NCBI GenBank assembly: GCA_030632085.1
Contig: DAOVJY010000001.1
Coordinates: 335,402-399,401, forward strand
DNA: 64,000 nt
Reading direction: 5' to 3'
From: Candidatus Omnitrophota bacterium
Lineage (GTDB): Bacteria; Omnitrophota; Gorgyraeia; JAGLLT01
Part shown: one piece after another, positions 41,263 to 51,000 of the stretch
Numbering within the stretch: the stretch's first letter is position 1
How the letters are laid out: each line of letters opens with the position of its first letter
Program-made: the position numbers and the translations under genes
The notes under the pieces: model-generated
What the model saw: the letters and a program-made list of their open reading frames with translations, nothing else
What the model was told of the DNA's origin: nothing
Databases searched by the model: none

Positions 41263-42066
41263 TTAACAGCCATGATCTTTATGCAATTGTTTTAACTTTG
41301 CTTTCGCTTTAGTTATCTTAGTTTTCATAGCCGAAATCTCTGATTTTAGTTTTTCAATCTCCCCGCAGTCCATTTCACCGGCAAGTTCTGACTCAAGACT
41401 TTCAAGTTTACCTTTAAGGTCTTTTATTTCGTCTTTTTTGAGTTCGATTTTTTGTTCAAGTTTCTTGAGTTCTTCTTGTTTTTTTTGCAATAAATCTTTT
41501 GCATCTTTAAGTTCCTTCTTTTTATCCTTCCACGTTTTTTTAGCTACTTTCTTCCGTAATTTTAACACATCTTTGTTAAATGTAAGTTTTTCTAGTTCTT
41601 TTCCTAATTCTTCAAGTCTTTTCTCTAATTTCTCAATTTCCTTCCTCATAACATTCAACTTTTTAGTCCAAGGAAGCCGCTTAGCCACAAATCTATCAAT
41701 AGCTTCTTGAACCCAAGGAGCCCATGGTTGGGCAAGGTATCTTAATTTTGTTATCTTAGTTGACAACTCCGTTATTATTCTAACTATGGGATTGCATGCT
41801 TTTTCCAAGTTATGTATCTTTGCAGCTACTCTGCCACCTTCTAAAGCGTTGTCATAAATATTTTTCTCAATCTTTTCAAGTTCATCTGAGATATCTTTAT
41901 ATTTACTATATAACTCTTTTTCTTGTTTTTCTAAAATCGGAATTTGTTCTTTTAATTTACTTATCTCATTTTCCACACAAGCATAGCTCCCAATTAAAGA
42001 ATTTAAACTAAAAAAAAGTATCAAAATAATAGTAGTTATATTCTTTAATTTTCTCGATATAATCAT
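41263..42066 (-). CDS. Secreted/anchored coiled-coil protein (K/E-rich)
   Basis: N-terminal hydrophobic segment then heptad-like KELEKLEK repeats. Confidence 0.5.
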   Translation of the reverse strand: MIISRKLKNITTIILILFFSLNSLIGSYACVENEISKLKEQIPILEKQEKELYSKYKDISDELEKIEKNIYDNALEGGRVAAKIHNLEKACNPIVRIITELSTKITKLRYLAQPWAPWVQEAIDRFVAKRLPWTKKLNVMRKEIEKLEKRLEELGKELEKLTFNKDVLKLRKKVAKKTWKDKKKELKDAKDLLQKKQEELKKLEQKIELKKDEIKDLKGKLESLESELAGEMDCGEIEKLKSEISAMKTKITKAKAKLKQLHKDHGC

Positions 42067-42073
42067 AAGCTAT

Positions 42074-42973
42074 TTACCTTAAGGTTGTAATAATATCAAT
42101 ATTGGTAATCTGTTCCTTAGTTTTTACTTCTACATTCTCTCTTGAACCAATCTCTTTTCCATCACTTGCAAAAACTATTATTTGATATGTGTCTTCTGTC
42201 AATTTTTCAATTTTATACTTACCGTTTTTATCTGATAAACTATCCCGACCTTCCCCTTTTTTGCCGAATGTAAATACCGATACGCCACTAACAGGAGTTT
42301 TGCCGTCAGATTTTAAAACTTTACCCGATATGGAACCATACTTTTCAGGTTCAGATATGATTATATTAACATCTGTAAGAATAGTATCTTTTTTTATTTC
42401 TATGTTTTCCTTTATGCCTAAAGTTTTTCCTTTTCTTATTGCAAACAATCTATAAATACCTTCGGGTAGGTTTTCTATTTTATAAACCCCATTTACATCA
42501 CTAAATGCACTATCTGCATAGTCGCTATCCAATTTCTTAATAATCAGCCATATGCCACTATCAGAAGTTTTACCATCTGCCTTTAGAACTCTACCAGATA
42601 TGGAATTGGGTTTAGTTAATATAAAATTTACATCCTTAGTCTCTTCTCCTGTTTGTATAACTACATCTTTTTTAATAATAGTTACAAAGCCTTCTTCCTC
42701 TACCTCTAACTGATATGTACCTGGAGCTAATCTTCTGATTTTATAAAAACCGTCTGCATTGGTTTCATCTATATCAAGTGGTTTTTTACCTTCTTTATCT
42801 TTTACTTCAACATAAACTCCTTTAATTCCAGTTATTTCGTTTTCTATTGTAACCTTACCGCTTATTGAGCCAAATATGTCCTTTTGCTCTTCAGCGAAAG
42901 ATGTCTTTATTATTAAACACATTCCTATAATTGTAAGTAACAATAACGGTACAATATACATCTTCTTAAACAT
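42074..42973 (-). CDS. Secreted protein with three carboxypeptidase-regulatory-like (CarbopepD_reg) beta-sandwich repeats
   Basis: signal peptide; repeated SISGKV..DGKT..SGV....DGxYKI..L..G.Y units. Confidence 0.55.
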   Translation of the reverse strand: MFKKMYIVPLLLLTIIGMCLIIKTSFAEEQKDIFGSISGKVTIENEITGIKGVYVEVKDKEGKKPLDIDETNADGFYKIRRLAPGTYQLEVEEEGFVTIIKKDVVIQTGEETKDVNFILTKPNSISGRVLKADGKTSDSGIWLIIKKLDSDYADSAFSDVNGVYKIENLPEGIYRLFAIRKGKTLGIKENIEIKKDTILTDVNIIISEPEKYGSISGKVLKSDGKTPVSGVSVFTFGKKGEGRDSLSDKNGKYKIEKLTEDTYQIIVFASDGKEIGSRENVEVKTKEQITNIDIITTLR

Positions 42974-43487
42974 TTTGAATCTCCATGTTTTTTTGTTTCT
43001 TTGATATTATTAAAGCTATATATACAAAATAAATCCAAAAAGCTACAATAAGAAAACCTATTATATAAATTTGTATATTAGGTCCATTAGCGAAAATAGT
43101 AGAATACATCAATGCCAGAATTAGGCCAGTTGTAAAAATAGAGTATATTTTGGCTAATTCCTTATTTTTCTTCCTCATTTGTTTCATCTGCAACCACTCC
43201 TCTTTTATTATAAGGAATCTGATGACAAAAATTACGGCAAGTACTGCTATAAATAAGAACAAAGGATGGTAGTCAGGAACCCGAATATCTGACAGGCGAG
43301 ATAAATAAACCTGTAACATTATCGTTATTATAGGTGAAAATAGCACAAGCGAACTATAAATGATAAATTGAACTGGTTTTTGCTCTCTTAATTTATTTGC
43401 CTTACGCTTAAAGACAAAAGCTGCCAATAGTGGAATAATTAGAATACTTAATATTAATAATGTATTGCTAACATATACTTTATTCAT
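42966..43487 (-). CDS. hypothetical membrane protein
   Basis: several hydrophobic helices; shares an ~84-bp 5' region with the gene at 43662-44360. Confidence 0.5.
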   Translation of the reverse strand: MNKVYVSNTLLILSILIIPLLAAFVFKRKANKLREQKPVQFIIYSSLVLFSPIITIMLQVYLSRLSDIRVPDYHPLFLFIAVLAVIFVIRFLIIKEEWLQMKQMRKKNKELAKIYSIFTTGLILALMYSTIFANGPNIQIYIIGFLIVAFWIYFVYIALIISKKQKNMEIQNV

Positions 43488-43564
43488 TTTTTGCCTCCAC
43501 TTAATGAAACTGTCTATCTTATTATTAAAATATCATAAAAACTACTTAACGTCAATGTGCTTTT
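43481..43564 (-). repeat. ~84-bp direct repeat copy A (RBS/start region of the membrane-protein gene); copy B at 44411-44494
   Basis: ~90% identity between the two copies including GGAGGCAAAAAATGAATAA. Confidence 0.7.
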
Positions 43565-43661
43565 ATGTGGAAGTTTCATCTTTTAAAAAAATACATCCAT
43601 AAGAGCAAAAACTAATATTTTTCTAATTTCATCTTTAATATCAACTTTCTATTTTGTAATG

Positions 43662-44360
43662 CTACCATTTATTTACCATCCAAAGATAAACAATCCCGCC
43701 CAATACAAAAGATATCAATAAAATCAGTAAATTGAATCCTAAAGCTCTAACTTGTTTCTTTTTGTTAAATAAGGTGAGCTTATTAAATGTAAGTACCATA
43801 CCTAAAAAAAATAGCACGCAAAATAGTCCAATAATTAAAGAAGATGTAATAGTGGAAAGTATGGTAAGCACGCAGGTAAGAAAAACTCCAACAATGATAG
43901 AGAATAGCACAATATAGATTAAATACAGAAAGGTCAATTTTTTTTCAGTTAAACTCATATTGAAATAGCCAATAAAAAAATTAGCAACAGGAACTAAAAA
44001 TACAAATGGAATAACCACAAATGTTGCTATTTTTGCTAGAACATCAAAATAATGCGGGTAGCTTTTCTCTCCTAATATCACAAAAAATGAGCTTAAGAGC
44101 AGAAGGAAAAATAGTGAGCAAAGTGCACTTTTAACTTTAATCTTATTACTATCTTCAGATGTTATGAAAAATTTATTTATCATGTAAAACCGCCGAAAAA
44201 CTATTAAAAAAAATATAGAAATACTCAAATAATCAGGATTAACTTCACAAAACAACCAACTAAAAAAGAAGATAAGCATAGATATAGTAGTAAAAAACGC
44301 GGTAAGGAACCAACATTTTCTTCTTTGATTTTTATCTTTAAATTCTAATTTCTTAGGCAT
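43662..44360 (-). CDS. hypothetical polytopic membrane protein
   Basis: 5-6 hydrophobic helices. Confidence 0.5.
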   Translation of the reverse strand: MPKKLEFKDKNQRRKCWFLTAFFTTISMLIFFFSWLFCEVNPDYLSISIFFLIVFRRFYMINKFFITSEDSNKIKVKSALCSLFFLLLLSSFFVILGEKSYPHYFDVLAKIATFVVIPFVFLVPVANFFIGYFNMSLTEKKLTFLYLIYIVLFSIIVGVFLTCVLTILSTITSSLIIGLFCVLFFLGMVLTFNKLTLFNKKKQVRALGFNLLILLISFVLGGIVYLWMVNKW

Positions 44361-44410
44361 AAATTATCTTTTCCTTATTTCACATAGTAAATACTATAAT
44401 GAAAAACCAA

Positions 44411-44494
44411 TTATTCATTTTTAGCCTCCACTTAATGAAACTATCTATCTTACTATTAAAATATCACAAAAACTACTCAACATCAATGTGCTTT
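44411..44494 (-). repeat. ~84-bp direct repeat copy B (retains the ATGAATAA start remnant followed by a 12-codon ORF)
   Basis: aligned by eye to 43481-43564. Confidence 0.7.
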
Positions 44495-44510
44495 TGGATA
44501 AAAGTGCGTT

Positions 44511-44568
44511 TAATTCCGGTAATTCCGGGGGGTAATTCCGGGGACACAATACTTAATTATTTAATTCC
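44511..44568 (+). repeat. REP-like element R2 with partial tandem triplication of TAATTCCGG; 3' flank of the RAYT gene
   Basis: taattccggggacacaatacttaattatttaattcc is 34/36 identical to 62-96. Confidence 0.6.
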
Positions 44569-45228
44569 TGTTATTTTTTCTTTGGGCCCTGGTTTTTTCT
44601 TTTTCAATCTTACGCTCAATAACTTCTCAAGTTCTTCAATAAACACTTTGCTCCCTAATGGCCTACCGGTTCGCTCGTGAAGTTTAAGCATATTGGTATC
44701 GTTTGTATGCAATTCTTCCTGTAAGAAAGCGCACCAATCATCTATCATCCCTTTTAGAAGAGCATCTTTTACTAAAAAACTTTTTTCTATTCCTAAATGA
44801 TGTTTAATGCTGGACCACTTATAATCTTCCGGTGTTTTAACAATGTTTGCCTTTACAGGGTTAAGAAGAATATATCTAACAGCTCTTAAAAGATAAAATT
44901 CGTCTAAAAGATAAGAATTGAATCTTCCTTGCCAAAGATATCCGCGCCAATTTTCTCTGAAATTAATCATTCTGGTATAATTGCGATGTGTCTCCCCTAT
45001 TGCCTTGGCAAGGCTATTACTGTTCTCAGGAATGGCGATAATGTGGACATGGTTTGGCATTAAACAATAGGATAATATCTTTAACTTGAATTTATTAGAA
45101 TACTTACCGAGAAGGCGAAGATACTCCTGGTAGTCTATCTTTGAGAAGAAAACTTCTTGCCTGCGATTTCCCCTCTGGATAATGTGGTATGGAAAATTGG
45201 GCGCCGCTATACGCGCTATCCTTGCCAT
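44557..45228 (-). mobile_element. REP-associated tyrosine transposase (RAYT; IS200/IS605-like Y1 HuH transposase), flanked by inverted REPs (REPtron)
   Basis: HIIQRGNRRQ...LMPNHVHIIA HuH motif, YLWQGRFNS..., catalytic-Tyr region YKWSS; REP copies at 44533-44568 and 45267-45292 in opposite orientation. Confidence 0.7.
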
Positions 45229-45230
45229 AA

Positions 45231-45488
45231 TTAACTTTTATTATATTCTAGAATAGCATCATTGTCAATTAAGTATTGTGTCCCCGGAATTAGGAATTTA
45301 AGATGGATGTGATTACTCATAAAACAATAACTATAAATTTTACAGTTCGTTTTCTCTTTAGCTCTTCTTAAACATTCAATAAAAAAACGCTTATCCTTAT
45401 CAACATAAAAGATAGCGTTTCTATTATTTCCGCGCAAAATAATGTGATGCGGATATCCTATTAGAACTATTCTATTTTTCCTTGACAT
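45231..45488 (-). pseudogene. N-terminal remnant of a second RAYT/Y1 transposase copy, truncated at the REP
   Basis: HIILRGNNRNAIF...FMSNHIHL then diverges; its last 20 codons are encoded by REP copy R3. Confidence 0.6.
45267..45292 (-). repeat. REP-like element R3 (inverted relative to R1/R2)
   Basis: reverse complement reads taattccggggacacaatacttaatt. Confidence 0.6.
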
Positions 45489-45591
45489 AATTGCAGTATA
45501 ATTTTAAAATATCCTCCTTGTCAAGAAAAATCACTCTGACCCCTTTTTTTTACTTTTTTTTAATATTTGTACGAATTAACACTTATCTCTT

Positions 45592-47136
45592 TTATTGTAA
45601 AAATTTATCTCTAACCATTTGTATAAGTTCTTTGAATGTATCAACTTTACCGGCCTCTATCAAATATTCTCCATCTCGCCCTTCAAGAAACCTCTCATCA
45701 AGAAACTTCTCAAAATCTTCTCTGCCGAGTTCTATATAAATTAGCCCCATACCCAACAAAGGTCCGCCTAATTTGCTATAACGGCCTTTTTTCATTGAAT
45801 CTCTCTCAGCTTTTGCCAGTTGAGCCTTCTCTTTCATTTGGCTGGCCTTTTCAGTTTGATTAACCTTTTCATAGTAACGGGCTAAACCACTACAGCCATG
45901 TATTCGGCAGTTTGCGTTTAAGGACTTTGCCAATAAAGTATCTGCAGCTTCTGTGGCCTGTTCCGATAACCTGATAAGATAGTTATACATATCCCTTGCT
46001 TCTTTCCATCTTTTTTCTTTCTCTCTTTCAGAAGCTATGTCCTGCATTTTCTCAACTAGAGACCATAAGTCATAAGCTTTTATAGGACCTAACAGGTCCC
46101 CTATCAGAACCTTTGTCGTAATCGGCTCAATGTCAAACTCTTCTGCTACCTCAATAGCTGCTTTAAGGCCTTCTATTTGATAGAAGTTAAGGTATGGTTT
46201 TTTGCTTCCGGTTTCAATCTGAGTTAAGGCAAGTTTTTCTTTGTCAGTCGTGAAATAATAATAGGCTAAGAGGTAGTCATAAACCGCATTTTCACTATCT
46301 ATCTTCTCGGCCTCTTTTAGAGTTTTAGGTATTCTATCTTGGTAATCCTCAAACTTATAAAAATATACGCATAGTAGCCCTGAGTAGATAGAAGGGCTAT
46401 TGGTATCTAAGGCTAATGCCTTCTCGTAATAGTCAACAGCCCTCTTATACCAGTCATCTTCTGAGCCTTTTATTTTGCGAGTTAAGTATAATTCTGCAAT
46501 ACCCTGATAAGCTCTGGCGGTGGGCTTGACGCTGGTCAAATAATCTTCTATATCTTTATTGGTTATATTGGTCATCTTATCCCATCTTGCCACTTGCACG
46601 GCAAAGGTTAACATAGACAACCTATCATTAACGATATTGACTTTCAGAGAACTGTCTTCGTATATTCCAATTTCTAATAAATATTCTTCAATAGTCTTTC
46701 CTGATTCAATATACTTTATAAAGTCCTTTTTTTGTTCTTGAGAAAGTTTACTAGCCGCTTCCACTTTCTGCATAACTTCTTTACACACTCCAGGCTGCTT
46801 AAGATATTCTTGTGCTTGATTAAAGATAACTTTCAGATAATTCATGTAGTCTTTTGGCGGTAATTTAATAAGTAAATCATTGACGCGGTCAATCTCTTCT
46901 TGACTTATATTTTCCCTTTTATGTTTTGTTAATAAGGTAATTAATTCATCTTTTGTTTTAACTTCAATATCAGAAAGGTTCTCTATGTACTCTATCTGCT
47001 TATCTATGCTCAACCTTCTAAAGCTCTCCATGATTTTAGAAGTATCCAAGAGCATCTCGGCAGGTTGAGCCTGAATCGGCGCATTAGAGAACATAAAGAA
47101 TAAAAGTGTAATTAGAATGCTTGTTTTAGGCATCAT
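45592..47136 (-). CDS. Secreted TPR-like repeat protein (hypothetical)
   Basis: signal peptide MMPKTSILITLLFFMFSNAPIQA; helical repeats. Confidence 0.5.
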   Translation of the reverse strand: MMPKTSILITLLFFMFSNAPIQAQPAEMLLDTSKIMESFRRLSIDKQIEYIENLSDIEVKTKDELITLLTKHKRENISQEEIDRVNDLLIKLPPKDYMNYLKVIFNQAQEYLKQPGVCKEVMQKVEAASKLSQEQKKDFIKYIESGKTIEEYLLEIGIYEDSSLKVNIVNDRLSMLTFAVQVARWDKMTNITNKDIEDYLTSVKPTARAYQGIAELYLTRKIKGSEDDWYKRAVDYYEKALALDTNSPSIYSGLLCVYFYKFEDYQDRIPKTLKEAEKIDSENAVYDYLLAYYYFTTDKEKLALTQIETGSKKPYLNFYQIEGLKAAIEVAEEFDIEPITTKVLIGDLLGPIKAYDLWSLVEKMQDIASEREKEKRWKEARDMYNYLIRLSEQATEAADTLLAKSLNANCRIHGCSGLARYYEKVNQTEKASQMKEKAQLAKAERDSMKKGRYSKLGGPLLGMGLIYIELGREDFEKFLDERFLEGRDGEYLIEAGKVDTFKELIQMVRDKFLQ

Positions 47137-47204
47137 TATATTTCCTTATTTATAGTTATCTTATGTATTTTTTCGCTTCCATTCATTTTGCCAGAACTTT
47201 TTTT

Positions 47205-48047
47205 ATCTATAATATCGAGACGCCGCCTCGGATGTAAAACTAAACCTATCTTTCAGTGTTCGATGTATTCTTTCGTGTCGGCCATTTTGTTGAGGGCAGC
47301 CTTTATCAATACGTTCCGGTGTAATGCCAAGTTGTATCCACCATACAGATAAACGGCTCAGCCGCCAACACTTTTGCCGGCAAAAGGCGTACCGTTATCG
47401 GTCCGAATGGCATCCGGAAGGCCGCATTCCTTAAATACTGCCTCGAATACAGCTTTGGGTTCATGATACCGCGGGCCCGGTAATCCGCTGCATTTTAGTA
47501 AGTACCAGCTATAATTATCACTGATTGTAAGAAGATAACATACATAGCCATCTTTTGTATAAAACTGTCCTTTATAATCAGTGCTCCAAACAGTATTTGA
47601 TGTTTGACATTCCTGAAATGGTTCAGTGTATGGCGGCACTCGTAAGCGTTTCTTGCGCTTTTTAACAAGGCCATACTTTTTGAGCCATGCGCTAATAGTT
47701 GTTATTGATGGTAATTCAAGATGCGGATATTGTTCTTTTAGCTGATAATAAATTTTTTTTGGTCCACGTTTATGATTTTTGAGTTTTTCTTTTACAATTA
47801 AATCTACAATATTGTTTTTGGTTTGATTTGGACTATATATTGGTGCTCTGCTTTGTTCTTTTAAAGCATCTATGCCCAGCTTTTCGTATCGATTGATCCA
47901 TTTGTAAATAGTCGGGCGGCTAACACCATACTTTTGAGAAAGATCGGTAATGTTTAATTGTTTTGTTTGCCAATCAGCAATTAATTGAAGTTTTTGATCC
48001 ATCGGACTCACTGTTTTCCATGGCATAAGAAGTGCCTCCTTTACCAT
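47205..48047 (-). pseudogene. IS481-family transposase, interrupted by a -1 frameshift after ...RTDNGTPFAGKSVGG and C-terminally truncated
   Basis: N-terminal HTH (VSRPTIYKWINRY), DDE core DNGTPF; the -1 frame continues LGITPERIDKGCPQQNGRHERIHRTLK; local GC higher than surroundings. Confidence 0.65.
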
Positions 48048-48094
48048 GTATTGTACAGTGTAAACGATGTATCTTGTTTGTTTTGTAAACTATG

Positions 48095-51000
48095 TTACCA
48101 GTTTATACCAACGTCAGGGCTACGAGGGCCCATCGGGTCGCCGTTTTCAACTTGATCCCCAATGCCTTCTAACATACCTACTGCATCCATAGCTGAACCA
48201 GTAGTTGCGCCGGACAGATCTGCTCCTCCAGCTAGAACATTGAGCCAGAAATCCTCCCACCACTCATCCCACCATCGCTTCTCCTGCTCCTTCTCAAGCT
48301 GCCTTTTCCTCTCTGCTTCTTCCGGAGTTAAGCCTTCCTCACTTTCTTCTTGCTCTTCAAGTTCCTCTAATTCCTTTTCTATCTCTTCTTCCGTCATCTC
48401 CCCGGGGTCTTCGGGTGCCGGCTCTTTATAATATCCCCAGGGGTCTGTGTAGTTTACAGGGTCATTTGAGCAGTAGGCGTAGAGGTTAATTCCTCCAAGA
48501 TAGCCTATGGGGTCGGTTGTCAAAAATCTCCCTAAATCCGGATCATAATACCTGGCTCTATAATAATATAAACCTGTCTCAGTATCAAGCCTTCTTCCTG
48601 TGAAGAAATATGGATTAGAAAGGCCGGATTCAGATAAAGGCTTACCTTGGCCATCAGTTATAGAGACTTCACCATAAGCATCATAGCTATACTTCTCAAC
48701 TAACTCACCGGATGAGTCTGTAATCTCAGTAACGCTTCCTAAAGCATTATAGTGGTAATAATGGGTGATGGCGGATGGCGTATAGCGGGTGGCGGATAGG
48801 ATTTCATCTATTCTGGCACCGTGGACATACTTAGCTATGGTGTTTCCATTGGCATCAATTTCTAAAATAACATCAGCGCCGTCATAGAGGTATCCGGTAA
48901 TTATGCCGGCTATGTTTTTCTCTATCCTTCTGCCATAAGCGTCATACTTATAATTTATAGTCCGCGCTGGAGTAATTACTTTAATTAATCTGTTCTCATA
49001 GTCATAGGAATAATAAATTATTCCTTCAGGAGTAACTTTTTGAGTCGTATTGCCATTGGCATCATAGCGATAAGTAACATCACCTACGGTCTCGTATTGA
49101 TTCATATTATTAGAAGTAGAGCCAATAGTAACACCATTTGCTACAGAAAGCCTATTGCCGGCGGGGTCTAATTCATAGATATTTTTGAATTCAAAAGGAG
49201 ATGATCCGGGGTTTAAAGACTCAGTAACCGGGTCTTCTACGTTGTATTTGACATTGGTTAATTGATAAGTCTTGTCATAGGTGTAGACATCACCTCTTCC
49301 TTGTTCGTGTTCTCTAATAACATATCCGCGATTACCTACTTCATCATAACCATATGTAAAACCAGAGATAAGTTGTGAAGAAGGAGAGCTATTAGATATA
49401 TTAGTCAGCTGATACAGCTCATTATAGGTATAAGTTGTAGAGGTATTATTTAAGAGGCCTTTTTCTTTTCGTAGGTTAACTTGCGGATCATAGGTATAGT
49501 CGACTATAATATGGCTTGCCTTGTCCTTTATCCGCTTTACCCGATTAAGCTTATCATAATTATAGGTGATAAAATCAGAGTCCGGATAGACTAGTTTAGT
49601 ACGTGAACCCAAACCGTTATATTTATAGCCTATGGTATTACCATCGGGATAAGTTACCTGAACCACTCTTCCTAATATATCATAAGTATAATGTATAGTT
49701 CCAGTTAAGTTTCTGATGTCAGTTAATCTGCCTCTACCATCATAAGTATAGCCTACTGTTGATGCATCCGGATAGGTCTTTTTAATAAGCCTTCTTAGAT
49801 AATCATACTCATAATTTATAGCTTGCTTCTTCTGGTCGGTTCTGCGTATACGAAATGCTTTATTAGAAATATCGTATTTATATTCATTGGCCTTTGTGGT
49901 TCCGTCTTCGTAGGTGGTAATTAAGAGTCTGTTTATTTCATCGTAGGTGTATTGGGTTTGATGGCTATTGGCATCAATAAGCTTTTTGAGGTTTGAGTTT
50001 TCATCGTATTGGTACTGAGTGGAGTTACCTAAGGCATCGGTTGTTTTCTTTAATCTATATAAAGCGTCGTATTCATAGGTAGTGGTATTATTATTAGCAT
50101 CGGTTTTACTTAAGGGGTTGTCAACTTTATCATAGGTGTAAGAAGTAGTGTTCCCCTGAGCATTGATTATCTTCCATAATCTGTCTAAGCTATCATATTT
50201 ATAGGTGGTGGTATTTCCCCGCCCGTCGATTATCTTGATCCTGTTTCCCGCCTTATCATATTTATAAGTAGTGATGTAGCAATCTTTCTTACTTAACCAC
50301 TGATAAATATTTATCAAACGGCCTAATTTATCGTATTTGTAAGTAGTAATATAAATAACCGGTTTTTTGGGCTTGGTCTTGTCAATAATAGTAGTAGTTA
50401 TAAGATTGCCGGATAAATCATACTTATATTCTGTAGTATTTCTTTTGGCATCGGTTATTTTTTTAAGTCTATCCACCTCATCATATTTATAGGCGGTTGT
50501 GGTGTTCTTGGAATGCAGAATGTTTAAATTATCGGTTATGGTCAAAGTAATGAGATTGTCCATTCCATCGTATTTATATTTAATGGTATTTCCTTGAAGG
50601 TCTCTTATTCGGGTTAGTCTATTTAGCGTATCATAGTTGAAGGTTGTAGCATTCCCCTCAGGGGTAGTCTTGTTTTTTAAATTACCGAGAGCATCATAGG
50701 TATTGATAGTCTTGTTACCCAGCGAATCTACCACCTTGGTTAAGTTACCATATAAGTCATATTCATAGGTAGCGGTGTAGTTACCATCTGGATTTTCAAC
50801 ATTCCCCTTGGGTTCGGTTTTTGTTTTCAATAAACCATTTGGGTAATAGGTATAACTGGTGATAATTTCCTCTTCGCCTAACATCTTTTTGGTCTTTAAG
50901 AGATTTCCATTAGAGTTGTATTTGTGGGTAGTGATATTTTCTTCGGGGTCGGTGAGAGTTTTTATTTTATTAAAATCAGAACAATAGGTATATGTCCAGG

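Noticed and set aside
47340-47370. Programmed -1 ribosomal frameshift in the IS481 transposase
   Set aside because: No X XXY YYZ slippery heptamer at the shift point, and the downstream frame also terminates prematurely. A pseudogene or sequencing error is more likely.
48162-48431. Plus-strand 89-aa Ser-rich ORF as candidate RHS immunity protein
   Set aside because: It is antisense to the RHS C-terminal tip and its composition simply mirrors the acidic, Glu-rich codons. RHS immunity genes lie downstream on the same strand.
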